64,000 bases of DNA from assembly GCA_963788195.1 (NCBI GenBank), contig CAWBGA010000017.1, positions 672,001 through 736,000 on the forward strand. The letters are read 5' to 3'. The DNA comes from Nitrospirota bacterium (lineage in GTDB: Bacteria > Nitrospirota > Nitrospiria > Nitrospirales > NS-4). A model generated the notes under the pieces. That model made no database searches, was not told the DNA's origin, and saw only the letters and a program-made list of their open reading frames with translations. The first letter of the stretch is position 1; the number at the start of each line of letters is the position of its first letter. The translations under genes were made by a program, and so were the position numbers. Positions 39,250-51,047 of the stretch are shown here, in pieces.

Positions 39250-42132
39250 TCACCTGCCTCCCGATCTTTCTGTTAGAGCCACTTGGCTCCCTTGTGGTTT
39301 GTAAACGAGTTGCTTGTCGATTTGACCAGCGCGCGCGGCAGCTGAAAGAGATGCCCAAATCTTTGACCGTGCTTCCTGCTCGGCGGATTTCTCCAATCCC
39401 GCTGCCATCAACTCCGCCACATGCGCGTCGACCCGCAGCGATTGCACATAATGCACCACATCCCAGGCCTCCTCCGGTTTCAGTTGTGCCTGAAAGGGAG
39501 GCATCGGAGTGCCGCCGACACCGGTCATAATCGTTTTGAAAATATGCTCGCCATCATGTCCGAGCTTGACCCCTCCGTGCTCACCGGCCGGCAAAGTCAA
39601 GTTGGCTGCGCGATCGGGACGACCCCATGTATCCATGAGCCCGGCCGCCAAGATTCCATCGCCTTTCCCCTCGGGGCCATGGCACATGAAGCAGATCGCT
39701 TTGCCATGGAAGATCGTCTTGCCATTTTCGACGGACGCCTGTGTCATTGGCGTTTCGGGGAGGATCACGATCGACTGCCCCACAGGCTCCTTCTGCCAAC
39801 GGTCCGAGAAGACTTTGATGTACTGGATGACGGCGGCGCGTTCTCGTCCGGAGATTTCCGCCCAGGTCGGCATCGCAGTACCCCAGAGTCCATGCGTGAC
39901 CGTGATGAACAAATCTGCGTCAGTCGGCAGCGAGTCTTTGCCTGGTGTGGATCTGAACTTGAAGATGCCTTTAGTAAAATCCCGCGGTCGCGGATCTAGA
40001 AACTCAGCGGACGGTCCTTTCCCGTCACCCTTGGCGCTGTGGCATCCCACGCATCGTCGCTCATATACCGACTTCCCGAGTACCAACAGTTCATCTCGAG
40101 TCTCAGGACTGAGGTTTAACGCCTCCCCGGCGGATAGTCGGGTTGAGACAAACCCTTCTCGCCAGTCGCCGATGCCGGTCCCCAGCCGTTGGATGTAGGC
40201 AATGAGAGCTTGTCCGTCCTCGTTCAGCGTCGGCTGGTCCTTCCCTGTGACGGGAGCGAAGAGCCACGGGAACCGAGGCATGATCGAGTCAGGCACGACA
40301 TTGCGCGGCTCCCAGTGATGCGCAGCATGCCAGCCGTCATCGTACTTGCGGCCCACACGGGTCAGGTCCGGCCCGATCCGCCGGGTGCTGAAGAGGTGAG
40401 GCCGATCGTAGGCGTATTCCCCGGTCTGGGACACCGGCCCCCACCGAAGTGTTTCCCCTGTGACAGGCCGGACATACTGCGAATGGCAATACCAGCATCC
40501 CTCCCGGATATAGACCTGCCGTCCGCGACGCTCCAAAGGCGTGTAGTCCGCAACCTGGACCTGTTTCTGCGTCACGACATCATTGACCGTCGTCACACGG
40601 GTGTTCGGTGATAGAAATGGAATGATGCCCTGAACAAGGACAGCAAGCGTGAAAAAGCCGAAGCCCGACACAAGTGCGACCGTGGAAGGATTTTCGATCC
40701 ACCCCTGTTTCGGAACACTGAGGAGCGCTTTGTCTTCGATTGGAGGAAGCTCAGAGACCTCTTTCTCCAACGGAAGCCCCTCGCGCGCGGTCATATAACA
40801 GTTGACCAGGAAAAGAAAAATGGCGATGTCCATTGTCGTGCCGGCAAGCGTGCGCACCACCCACCACGGCTTCATTTCTTTCACGGTATCCACAAAGTTG
40901 ACGCCGTATTCCAGCATCGAGCCCTGGATGAAGCCTTGGGCGGTCAGTCCTATCACCATGATGCTGAACCCGGAAATGGTGAGCCATAAATGCCAACTGG
41001 CGAGCCGGTTGCTCCAGAGCTGACGGCCCGTGACACGCGGCCAGACATAGTAGATCCCGCCGACTGCCCAGATGACCATGGCCCCAAAGACTGTGAGGTG
41101 AGAGTGGGCAATTACAAAGTCGTTGAAATGCGTGAGTTGCTGAAGCCGCAGCAGCGCCTCTGTAGATCCCTGAAAACACCCGATCAGATAATAGACCGCG
41201 CCGAGAAGCAGAAACTTGGCAGCGTAGCTATCGGCATCCACACCGCCCAGGATCTGGCCCCACCGGCCTAAGACAGTCCCGAAGAAATTCACCGTGACGG
41301 CCCAGACTGGAATGATCAACAGCATGCTCGTGACGATGGCAATTGCCTGGTGCATGTGGGGAATCGGACTGTAGAGATAATGATGGATTCCCACGAACGG
41401 GTAGAAAAAGGCCAGCGTCCAGAACCCGAGTAGCGACAACCGGTGGCTATGGAGGATGTTCTTGGTGCTCGAAGGCAGAAAATAATAGATCAGCGCCAGG
41501 CCCGCCGGCGTGAGCCACAACCCGACGATGTAATGGATGTAAAGGCCGTGCAGCGCCGCGCTGTTGACCCCGGTCACTCGTTCCGCATAGGGCAGCACCA
41601 GCCCGCCCAGGACGAGATTCATCAACGTCCAGATCATCGCGGCCACTGTGTACCACATGGCCACATAGAACCGCCGCTCTTTGCGCCGCCAGATGGTGCC
41701 GAGAACCTGGACTGTGACCAATCCCAACACAAAAAATCGTAGAAGATTCAAGGGCAACTCAAACTCTCCCGCTTCCAATGCTGCGTTGTGTCCCATCATC
41801 AAGGAGATCGCGCCGATCACCAGGAAGCCGTTCCACAGCCATAGCAGCCACCACCCCCACTCCTCTTTGAACATCCGAACGCCGCAGAGCCGGGGCACGT
41901 AGTAGTACAACAAGCCCAGAAAGTTGGTGGAGAAGGCGCCAAAGATCACCCCGTTTACGTGAATGGGACGCAGCCGCCCAAAGGTCAGCCACGACGTACT
42001 ACCCAAAAATTCGGGGTTGTGAAACTTGGTCGAAACGAGCACTCCAAAGAGGGGAAACACCGTAAGCCAAAGCAGACCCCATGTGAGCCATGCCTTGATT
42101 AACGGTCGGTTGATGAGTTCCTCATCCGCCAT
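39250..42132 (-). CDS. ccoNO: cbb3-type heme-copper oxidase: CcoN-CcoO-diheme cytochrome c fusion
   Basis: CcoN: FGRLRPIHVNG, HYIVG, YPFVGIHH, AHSHL. CcoO: REGCWYCHSQYVRP, RIGPDLTRVG. Two further hemes CVGCH and CFMCH. Start ATG 42132. Confidence 0.9.
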   Translation of the reverse strand: MADEELINRPLIKAWLTWGLLWLTVFPLFGVLVSTKFHNPEFLGSTSWLTFGRLRPIHVNGVIFGAFSTNFLGLLYYYVPRLCGVRMFKEEWGWWLLWLWNGFLVIGAISLMMGHNAALEAGEFELPLNLLRFFVLGLVTVQVLGTIWRRKERRFYVAMWYTVAAMIWTLMNLVLGGLVLPYAERVTGVNSAALHGLYIHYIVGLWLTPAGLALIYYFLPSSTKNILHSHRLSLLGFWTLAFFYPFVGIHHYLYSPIPHMHQAIAIVTSMLLIIPVWAVTVNFFGTVLGRWGQILGGVDADSYAAKFLLLGAVYYLIGCFQGSTEALLRLQQLTHFNDFVIAHSHLTVFGAMVIWAVGGIYYVWPRVTGRQLWSNRLASWHLWLTISGFSIMVIGLTAQGFIQGSMLEYGVNFVDTVKEMKPWWVVRTLAGTTMDIAIFLFLVNCYMTAREGLPLEKEVSELPPIEDKALLSVPKQGWIENPSTVALVSGFGFFTLAVLVQGIIPFLSPNTRVTTVNDVVTQKQVQVADYTPLERRGRQVYIREGCWYCHSQYVRPVTGETLRWGPVSQTGEYAYDRPHLFSTRRIGPDLTRVGRKYDDGWHAAHHWEPRNVVPDSIMPRFPWLFAPVTGKDQPTLNEDGQALIAYIQRLGTGIGDWREGFVSTRLSAGEALNLSPETRDELLVLGKSVYERRCVGCHSAKGDGKGPSAEFLDPRPRDFTKGIFKFRSTPGKDSLPTDADLFITVTHGLWGTAMPTWAEISGRERAAVIQYIKVFSDRWQKEPVGQSIVILPETPMTQASVENGKTIFHGKAICFMCHGPEGKGDGILAAGLMDTWGRPDRAANLTLPAGEHGGVKLGHDGEHIFKTIMTGVGGTPMPPFQAQLKPEEAWDVVHYVQSLRVDAHVAELMAAGLEKSAEQEARSKIWASLSAAARAGQIDKQLVYKPQGSQVALTERSGGR

Positions 42133-42236
42133 CTTCTGCTTCCCGACCAGCTGGAGTGATTGCCGGACCTTAAACCACCCCCCATGAAACTGCAACGCTA
42201 CTTAGGACCGAGGTGGCCGTGCAGCAGGAGGAGCTG

Positions 42237-42602
42237 TCAGGTGCCTGCGCTCGAACTAGAACGCCGAATGCCCAGTTTCTGCATGCGAGCCTGAAGCGTC
42301 GTCCGTTTCATGCCGAGCCTTACTGCAGCGCCGGAAGGTCCACTCACCACCCACTTGGTTTCCTGCAAGACCTTCAGAATATGTTCCCGCTCGGCTTCTT
42401 CGAGAGTCTTGGCGCTGTCGCAACCCGACGAGGATTCCAGAGACCTTTTCAGCTCGGACAGAGGCACGCGCAGGCCAGGACCCGGAGAAAGGATCACCGC
42501 GCGCTCGATGAGGTTCTCAAGCTCGTGGATGATCTCAAAGAAGCGCTTGTATTTCTGAGAGAGCTCTTCGGCGGACAGACATGGACGATCTTGATCGCTC
42601 AT
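42237..42602 (-). pseudogene. bEBP internal-deletion derivative retaining an in-frame HTH
   Basis: MSDQDRPCLSAEELSQKYKRFFEI (like the N-terminus of 48948..51047) is fused to IHELENLIERAVIL...GAAVRLGMKRTTLQARMQKLGI; no Walker A or GAFTGA. Confidence 0.8.
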
Positions 42603-42729
42603 GGTCACCCCCAATATACCTGCGAGCCTCTCGTGCTCAATCTGATACCACGGTGTCTTAGGAAACACTGGCCACGGCTATGATCGAACTTCGCACTATA
42701 CAAGTTCGTACCCAGCCGGTTCTTCGATT

Positions 42730-44155
42730 TCATTGGGTGATAGTCGGGTTCCATCCGCCTCCTAGCGCCTTGACCAACAGCACACTAGACGCGAATCGTT
42801 CTCCAAGGATCTGGACGGCGGCGCGCTCGTTATCCAGTTGCGTCCGTTGCGCGTCCACGACTTCCAGATAGTTCGACAGCCCTTCGCGATAGCGCATCGT
42901 CGCCAGCTCCGTGGTCTTCCGCGCTGCGGTGACCGCCCGCGCCTGGGCCTAGTGCTTGATCAGCCAGGACCCGAATTGCGGCGAGCGCATCTTCCACATC
43001 CCAAATGCCAGGAGCACTTGCTGCCGATAGGATGCCACGGTCTCGTCATACTGCGCCTTGCTCGCCTCGTAATTCGCTCGGATCCGTCCTCCTTCAAATA
43101 TCGGCGTAAAGAGCCCGCCGCCTATCGACCACATGCGGCTCTCCCATTTGAACAGGCTGGCGAGATCGGTGCTCTGGAACCCGGCGGACCCGGTCAATTG
43201 GATCGCCGGAAAGAAGGCCGCCTTCGCGACGCCGATACGCGCATTGCTTGCCGCCATCAACCGCTCGGCCTGCGCCACGTCCGGCCGTCGCTCCAGCAAT
43301 CAGAAGGCAAGCCGGCAGGGATCACGGGCGGGCAGCGCCTCTAATGGATCGCGTGGCATCGAGAAGTCAGGAGCTGGTTTCCCGAGAAGCACCGCCAAGG
43401 CGTCCTCCAACTGGGCACGGCGCTGCTCCAGCGCGATGGCCTGTGCCTGCGTCGTAGCCAGGTCGGTCTCCGCCTGCGACAGCTCGAGTTGATTCGCCAC
43501 TCCGCCTTCGAATCGGTATCGCACCAGATCCAACGCTTGTTTCCGCAGCTCGACCGTACGCTTCAACAACTCGATCTCGGCGTCCTGAGGATCGCAAAAG
43601 AAAATAGTTCTGGGCCACGTCCGACGTGAGTGTCAAGAGAACGCTCTCATAGTCGGCCGCGCTCGCTCTGGGCTTCCTCCCGGGCGGCCTCATAAGTCCG
43701 GCGTACCGTCCCCAGACATCCACCTCATAGCTCAGATCCAACGGAACCGTAAAAAGATTCGAGTTAAATCGTCCGATGCTGGTGCCGGTCTGTGGAGTGG
43801 CAGTCAGCCGGTTGGCGGAGAAATCCTGCCGGTTGACCGACGGATCGAAGGTCAGTGGTGGGATAAAAGTCGGCGGCGCTGATCCTGGCCACCGCCCTCG
43901 CTTGCTCGACTCTGGCGACGCGCCCTTCAGCTTTTGGTTTGCGACCAGCGCCTGGGCCTCCAGCACGTCGAGCTCCGGATTATCAAAGATCTCCCACCAC
44001 CGTATGCGACTCTCCGCATCGCGAGGCGTGGCCTCCTTCCAATTCTTCGGAACTTCGACCGGAGGCCGCTGATAATCGGGACCAACCGCACAACCGGCGA
44101 GTGACAGGAAAACCATAATCGTCAGCGCGACTGATTTCTTCATAAGAGGTAGCAT
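42730..44155 (-). pseudogene. RND outer-membrane factor lipoprotein (NodT/OprM-like), several frameshifts
   Basis: LAGCAVGPDY, LSYEVDVWGR, LERRPDVAQAE, LVKALGGGW, spread over several frames. Confidence 0.85.
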
Positions 44156-45543
44156 CAGGCTGGGTCCTTCTTCGGTTCGCCTGATTTCGGTCCCGGCTGC
44201 TGCGTTGCCGGTGTGCCTGTTGGAGTCTTCGGGAAGATCGGCTCCACCTTTGCCCCCTCGCGCACATCATCGGTGGGATTCGACACGATCGTTTCATTGT
44301 CCGCGAGGCCGGAGACAATTTCGGTTTCCCTGCCGTAATCGCGGCCCAATCCGACCTTCCGGAAATGGAGGACGTGGTCCTGGTCCACGACCGCCACATA
44401 TTGACCATCGGCCCGGACAATCAGGGCCGAACCTGGCACCAGCAGCGGTGGCTCGGTCCGCACCATGTTGAACGTCACTTCGGCGTACATTCCCGGAAAC
44501 AGGACATGATCGGGATTGGCCACGTCCACTTCCGTGAGAAGAGTTCGAGAGGCAGGGTCCAATGCCCCCGCCGTGCGGGTCACTTTGCCGGTGAACGTGC
44601 GTTGCGGCACATCACGCACGACAACCTGTGCGGTCTGTCCGGCTTGAACGGAGGTCACAAAGGTCTGAGGCACATTGACGTAAATGCGAAGGACCTCGAT
44701 TTGGGCAACCCGAAAGAGTTCTCGAGTGGCAAACAGAGCGCCCTGGCTCGCGGCGCCGGTGCCGTCCGTCACCAGAGCCCCCACATCCACATTGCGCGCC
44801 GTGACAATGCCGTCAAAGGGAGCGGTAATCTTTTGGAACGACTGCAGATACTTAAACCGGCGGACATTTTCATCATTGGCCTTCATCGTGGCTTCCGCCG
44901 CTACGACGTCCGCTTGCCTGGCCTCAAACTGCAGCCGATAGGTGTCCGCTTCTTGCCGGGAAACTGCGTTGTATTGCACCAGCCTTTGCCAGCGATCCAT
45001 GCTGACTCTGGCCAATTCCAGATTCGCCCGGGCCTGCCCGAGAGTGGCCCGCGATTGCGAGTAGGTGCCAAGAGCTTGCCCCAACTGCTTGTCCACATCG
45101 GGCGTTTCAATCTCGGCCAGCAATTGCCCGGCCTGGACGGGTTGTCCAATCTCCACGAGGTAACTCTTGACGTAGCCATTCGTGCGCGGATAGATCGGCG
45201 TCTCCTGGTAGCCGCGGGTGTTTCCCGGAAGGACGAGATTCGTGACCTCCGGCGCCCGCCGGACCGCCACCACCGGGACCTTCGGGAGGGTAGTTTTCAC
45301 CGCGTTCGCATCCGCCTTCAACGCGGCCTGCTGTTGAATGCGCGGGACGATACCGGCCAGGAGCAACACGAGCACCGCGATGATCAGGACCGCGACCAGC
45401 AGCCGCCATCGGTGCACACCCGCCGGCGGGGAAGCGGCTGCTGAGTCCGCTATAGCAGCGGACGGTTCTTTCCGTGTGTCCCCGTTCGGATCAGTGACGG
45501 GATCCGGTGTGGACCGATCCGGCAATTCACGCAAGCTTTGCAT
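44155..45543 (-). CDS. RND periplasmic adaptor (MFP)
   Basis: TM anchor; IYPRTNGY, APFDGIVT, LFPGMY, LGRDYG; start ATG 45543. Confidence 0.9.
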   Translation of the reverse strand: MQSLRELPDRSTPDPVTDPNGDTRKEPSAAIADSAAASPPAGVHRWRLLVAVLIIAVLVLLLAGIVPRIQQQAALKADANAVKTTLPKVPVVAVRRAPEVTNLVLPGNTRGYQETPIYPRTNGYVKSYLVEIGQPVQAGQLLAEIETPDVDKQLGQALGTYSQSRATLGQARANLELARVSMDRWQRLVQYNAVSRQEADTYRLQFEARQADVVAAEATMKANDENVRRFKYLQSFQKITAPFDGIVTARNVDVGALVTDGTGAASQGALFATRELFRVAQIEVLRIYVNVPQTFVTSVQAGQTAQVVVRDVPQRTFTGKVTRTAGALDPASRTLLTEVDVANPDHVLFPGMYAEVTFNMVRTEPPLLVPGSALIVRADGQYVAVVDQDHVLHFRKVGLGRDYGRETEIVSGLADNETIVSNPTDDVREGAKVEPIFPKTPTGTPATQQPGPKSGEPKKDPA

Positions 45544-48500
45544 CAGTGATCTCCTGGGGCTGCTTGCGGCGCAGTAAACTGTAGACGATCGGGACAAAGA
45601 ACAAGTTGGCGAACGTCGCGCCAAACAGCCCCCCGATCACCGCCCGGCCCAACGGCGCGTTCTGTTCTCCGCCGTCCCCTATGCCCAACGACATTTCCAG
45701 CATCCCGATGATCATCGCCAGCGCCGTCATCATCACCGGGCGCAGCCGAGTGAACCCAGCTTCCAGCGCGGCAGTCCGCGCATCCTTGCCTTCCTTTCGA
45801 AGATCGTTCGCAAAGGTGACGACCAGAATGCCGTTCGCCGTGGCCAGCCCCATCACCATGATCGTCCCCATCAAAGATGGCACGTTGAACGTCGTCTGCG
45901 TGACGAACAGCATCCCCAGCACTCCGAACAAGGCCCCGGGTATCGCCATGATGATGATTAGAGGATCAAGCCAAGATTGAAAATTCACCGCCAGGAGTAG
46001 ATAGACCAACACCAGCGCGAAGAGGAGTCCCATGCCCAGGCCCCAGAATGAGGAGCGCATGCTGTCCACTTGCCCGCGCATCGTGATGAAGGTTCCGCGC
46101 GGCAGATCCTTTTTGACGTCTGCGATCACCTGATCCACATCACGGGAAACCGCGCCCAGACTGCGGCCTTGAACATTGAGAAACACGTCAAACACCGGCT
46201 GGACATTATAGTGACTGACGACGGTGCTCGTGACCCCGCGATGGATTGTCGCCAAATTGCTCAGCAGTTGCGGCGCCGACTGCCCATTCACGACCACCGG
46301 GGTACTCTGCAGGGCGTCCAGGGAGTCAATCTGATTCTGCGGTGTCTGCACGGCAAAGAGATAATTCACTCCATTTTGGGGGTTCAGCCAGTAATTCCGG
46401 GCGGCTTGTCCGCTCGAGCTCAATGAGGTGAGGACGGTGTTGGCCACATCTGTCTGAGTCAATCCGATTTGTTCGGCCCGCGTGCGATCCACGTTGATGC
46501 GCAGTTCCGGCGTGTCTACCACTTGATGCACATGGGCATCCACGACCCCGAGGATCTGCGAGACCCGCGTTTCGATGAGCTTGGCGACGTTGTAGTTGTT
46601 CGGATCCCGCCCGACGACCTGAATATCGATCGGCGCCGGCAAGCCGAAGTTCAGGATCTGCGTGACGATGTCGGATGCCTGAAAGAAGAACGTCAGATCC
46701 GGAAACTCCGCATTCAGCTCGCGCCGCAACTCTTTGACATAGCCCCAGGTCGGCCGATGCTTCTGTTTGTTCAGGGAGACGAGAATCTCACCGTCCGCCG
46801 CCCCGATTGTCGAGGAATCGCTGAAAGCCAGGTTCACCCCACCAACCGGCAACCCGATATTGTCCACAATGGTATCCAACTCGGCCGCCGGAATGACGCG
46901 GCGGATCACGTCCTCCACTTGGCCGAACCGGCGCTCGGTTTCCTCCACACGCGTGCCGGCCGGCGCCCGCACATGCAGCCGGAACTCTCCCGCATCTACC
47001 CGAGGGAAGAAATCTCGTCCGATAAACGGCAACAATACGAGGAAGCAGAGGCCGGTCGCGATCACGGTCACAAACACCTTTTTTTCGCGGTCGAGCGCCC
47101 AGGAGAGCAGATCCCGATAGCGCTTGCGCATGCGCTCGAACTTGTCATTGAATCGCTCGTGCCATCGCCAGACGACGCTCTTCTCGCCACCCACATGCCC
47201 GGCGTGAAACATCTCGACTTCATTGCGCAGGAGATACCTTACCGTCGTCGGAACTATCGTCCGCGACAGCAGATACGACGTGAGCATGGCGAACACGACC
47301 GCCATGGCCAGCGGCGTAAATAGAAAATGGGCGACTCCGGTCAAGAAGAAGATCGGCACAAACACAATGCAGATGGACAGTGTGGCGACGAAGGTCGGAG
47401 TGGCGATTTGCTGGGCCCCATCCAGGATCGCCTGCACCATCTCCTTGCCTTGGCCCAGGTTCCGGTGGATGTTTTCGACCTCGACCGTCGCATCATCCAC
47501 GAGAATCCCGATGGCCAGCGCCAAGCCCCCTAAGGTCATCAGATTGAGAGTCTGTCCCAGGGCATTCAACACGATGACAGAGGTCAGGATGGACAAAGGA
47601 ATGGACATTGCTACCACTACGGTGCTTCGCCAACTCCCGAGGAACACCAGAATCATCAGCCCCGTCAGACAGCCTGCCACGAGACCCTCGTGGAGGACAT
47701 TATTCACGGCCGCCCGAACAAAGACGGATTGATCGAACAGGAAGTCCAGATTGAGCTCAGGCGGCAGCGTCGCCTGAATGCGCAGGCAAGGTCTCACGCA
47801 CCCGCCGCACGATATCGAGAGTCGACGCGCCTCCGCTCTTCAGGATCGTCATGAGCGAGGATCGCCGGCCATCCTGTCTGACCACATTGGTCTGCACCGC
47901 AAAGCCGTCACGCACCTGCGCGACATCACGGATGTACACCATGGCGCCGTTTACTTGGCGGATCGGCAAGTCGTTCAGGGCCTCCACCACCTCCGGACTG
48001 TTGTTCAGCCGTACGCTGTATTCCCGTGTCCCGATCTTCGCGCTGCCGGCCGGCAAAATCAGGCTCTGCGCATTCACGGCGTTCGTTACATCAGACGCGG
48101 ATAGGCCTTTAGCGATTAATGCTTGTTGGTCGAGATCCACCATGATCTGCCTGGGCTTGCCGCCATAGGGCAATGGCACTGAGGCGCCTTGCACGGTGGC
48201 CAATTGTGTACGGATGAAGTTGTAGCCGTAATCGTAGAGTTGCGCTTCGGTCAACGTCCCGCTGCTGGCGGCGATCTGAACGATCGGGACATCGCTCGCG
48301 CTGTACTGGACGATCAATGGCGGCTGCGTGCCTGGCGGCAATACTCTCAGAATGGTTTGTGAGATGGCCGTCAGTTGCGCAACCGCCCCGGCAACGTTCG
48401 CCCCAGGATGAAAGAAGACTTTGATCACGCCGACCCCGAACATCGACTGCGATTCGATATGCTCGATGTCGTTGACTGTGGTGGTCATCGCGCGCTCGCA

Positions 48501-48701
48501 GTAGGTGATGATGCGGGGTGACATTTCCTCTGCAGCCATGCCGTCGTACGACCAGATCACGCTCACGACCGGGATGTTGATCTCCGGGAGGATGTCGGTG
48601 GACATGCCCTGAATGGTGACGACTCCGAAGATGACGATAAGGATCGACATCACTACGAAGGTATAAGGGCGGCGCAGGGCAAGTCGGACAATCCACATCA
48701 T
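45527..48701 (-). CDS. RND efflux permease, one frameshift near 47780
   Basis: 47757..48701 (LALRRPYTF, PEINIPVV) plus 45527..47797 (LVDDATVEVENIHR, RLRPVMMT). Confidence 0.9.
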
Positions 48702-48738
48702 TGCTCAGCTAGGCCTCAGGTTCATGCAGAATCGTTGC

Positions 48739-48900
48739 GCAAGAACTGTTCCACGATGGCGCTGCCCCCGGCTCGGAGCGCCATAAGTTATTGAGAGAGA
48801 AATGAAAGAAGGCTTGTCCGAGATGTACGGGTCATGAACGGGCGAGAGAAAAGGCTATGGTGGAATGCCAACATATCGGCAAATTGCCGACATACGGGCA
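48739..48900 (-). promoter_or_regulatory. Sigma-54 promoter P9 (upstream of RND-OMF-HTH relic-cbb3)
   Basis: TGGAAC-AGTTC-TTGC at 48739-48753. IHF-like TCTCAATAACTTA at 48784-48796. TGCCAACATATCGGCA (48866-48881) and TGCCGACATACGGGCA (48885-48900). Confidence 0.87.
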
Positions 48901-48947
48901 TCTGCAGTAGCGTATTTCTGCTGAGCTAGTTTATCGGAACGCGGGAA

Positions 48948-51047
48948 TTACTTCGGACGCGAGATGCTCAGTTTCTGCATCTTCGATTGGAGGGTCGTGC
49001 GCTTCATGCCCAGCCGTGCGGCAGCGCCGGACTCACCGCCGATGACCCATTGTGCCTCCTGAAGCGCCCGCAAGATGTGTTCACGCTCAGCCGTTTCCAA
49101 GGTAGCGACGCCGTTGGAAAGTGGCGTCAGCGGCATCTGCAATTCCCGTAAAGGCACATGCAGGTCGGGGCCCAGGGACAGGATCACCGAACGCTCGATC
49201 AGATTTTCAAGCTCGCGGATGTTGCCAGGCCACGAATACTGCGACAGAGTCGCCATTGTATCCGCCGGGATCGACTCGATCCGCTTGTTCATGCGCCGCC
49301 CGTATTTTTGTGCGAAGTAGCGGACTAACAACGGGATGTCTGCAGGCCGCTCTCGCAAAGGAGGAGCCATGATGGGAAACACGCTGAAGCGATAATATAG
49401 ATCGCTGCGAAACTCTTTGGTGGCGACCATCTGATTCAGATCCCGATTCGTCGCCGCCACCAACCGGACGTTGACACGGATCGTTTTCGTACTGCCCAGC
49501 CGCTCGAATTCCTGTTCCTGCAAAACACGCAACAGTTTGGATTGCAACTCGAGGGGGATATCACCGACTTCGTCGAGGAACAGCGTGCCTTGGTGGGCCA
49601 GTTCAAAACGGCCGGCCTTCTGGGCGATGGCGCCGGTAAAGGCTCCCCGTTCATGGCCGAACAGCTCGCTTTCGAGCAACCCGGACGGGATCGCCGCGCA
49701 ATTGATCTTGACGAAGGTTCGCTCACGACGGTTGCTCAAGTTGTGGATCGCGCGCGCGATCAGCTCCTTGCCGGTCCCGGTCTCGCCTTGGATCAGCACT
49801 GTTGAGTCGGTGGGCGCGACAGTTTCTACTTGCCTGAGAACGCGTTTCAGCGTTGCACTCTCTCCGATGATCTCCTCAAAGTTGTATTCTGTCCGGATTT
49901 CGTCTTCGAGGTAGAGTTTCTCCTCGGTCAATTTGTCTTTCAACTCGGTGATCTGCTGATAGGCCAGCGCGTTGTCCACGGCAATGGCAATCTGAACCGC
50001 GACATGACTCAGGAGATCAACCTCATCCGTGGTAAATGGTCCTTTTTCAAAGCTACCTATGTTCAATGTCCCCAAGACTTTGCCGTGTGAGAGGAGTGGG
50101 ACACAGCAGCCGGACTTGACGCCTTCCGCAAGTAAAGCCTTGCCCACCTCGGAATTCAGGCGTTTGAGATCGGCCTCATCGAACAGTGTAGGTTGACCCG
50201 ACCTGAATGCCGGGCCTGCGGGCGTCTCGTCGATGGGCCCCACGAGGCCCTCCTGGATCAATCCTTTGCCTTCAGGAAAAACAAGCGCGTGTCTGCGAAA
50301 GACTTTCTTGTCGGGATCGGAGAGGTACAGACTGGCAATCGCGTACGGCATCACCCGACGAAGGGCGGCTATGGTAGCGGTGAACACCTCTCGGAGATCC
50401 AGACGAGAGACAACCGCATTGTTGACGTCGAGCAGAAGACGCAGGCGGTCGCGCTCATGCGCCAACTGTTCGCGTTCATGGGCAAGCTCTTGCTGGAATG
50501 ATCGGGCCCTCTGATCATTGAGAGCGTTGTCCACTGCCACGGCGACCTGTCTGGCCATCTGTTGCAAGAATTCGAGGTCTGCGTTGTCGTAGGTGGCTTC
50601 CTGCATGCTCCCGAATCCCAGCGCGCCCAACCGGCGCTGGGCCGTCGTCAGGGGTACCACGCAATATGATTTCACGCCTAGTTGGCACACGGCATCCGTC
50701 ACACGGGGGAAACGGGTTTCCATGGCGAGGTTCGAGACCACCAGGGGCTCCTGATGCTGCCAAACCCAGCCGCCTGGGGATTCGTCCACGGGGAGATCCT
50801 GGCCACCTAATGGGTCACAAGATTTCCGGTCCGGAGCCTCAAGGATGTGGGAGCGCATGACATTCCGTTCAGGATCGTGGAGGAGCAGTCTCATATACTC
50901 GAAGTTGACCACTCGATGCAGGCGGTGAGCGAGTTCGTGAAACAGAGTCGCGAGGTCACGGTGGACCGCGATCGCCTCAGAAACTTCCAGCAGGGCTTGG
51001 TACTGCTCTGCGAGAGTTTCACAGGGAGATGCGCTATGCCGATCCAT
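48948..51047 (-). CDS. FhlA-like sigma-54 activator (2 x GAF, AAA+, HTH)
   Basis: Two GAF domains; GETGTGKE; ESELFGHERGAFTGA; HTH GAAARLGMKRTTLQSKMQKL. Confidence 0.93.
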   Translation of the reverse strand: MDRHSASPCETLAEQYQALLEVSEAIAVHRDLATLFHELAHRLHRVVNFEYMRLLLHDPERNVMRSHILEAPDRKSCDPLGGQDLPVDESPGGWVWQHQEPLVVSNLAMETRFPRVTDAVCQLGVKSYCVVPLTTAQRRLGALGFGSMQEATYDNADLEFLQQMARQVAVAVDNALNDQRARSFQQELAHEREQLAHERDRLRLLLDVNNAVVSRLDLREVFTATIAALRRVMPYAIASLYLSDPDKKVFRRHALVFPEGKGLIQEGLVGPIDETPAGPAFRSGQPTLFDEADLKRLNSEVGKALLAEGVKSGCCVPLLSHGKVLGTLNIGSFEKGPFTTDEVDLLSHVAVQIAIAVDNALAYQQITELKDKLTEEKLYLEDEIRTEYNFEEIIGESATLKRVLRQVETVAPTDSTVLIQGETGTGKELIARAIHNLSNRRERTFVKINCAAIPSGLLESELFGHERGAFTGAIAQKAGRFELAHQGTLFLDEVGDIPLELQSKLLRVLQEQEFERLGSTKTIRVNVRLVAATNRDLNQMVATKEFRSDLYYRFSVFPIMAPPLRERPADIPLLVRYFAQKYGRRMNKRIESIPADTMATLSQYSWPGNIRELENLIERSVILSLGPDLHVPLRELQMPLTPLSNGVATLETAEREHILRALQEAQWVIGGESGAAARLGMKRTTLQSKMQKLSISRPK

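Noticed and set aside
48948..51047. Naming this gene fhlA and inferring formate hydrogenlyase
   Set aside because: The architecture is FhlA-like, but there are no hydrogenase or fdhF genes in the window and the ligand is unknown.
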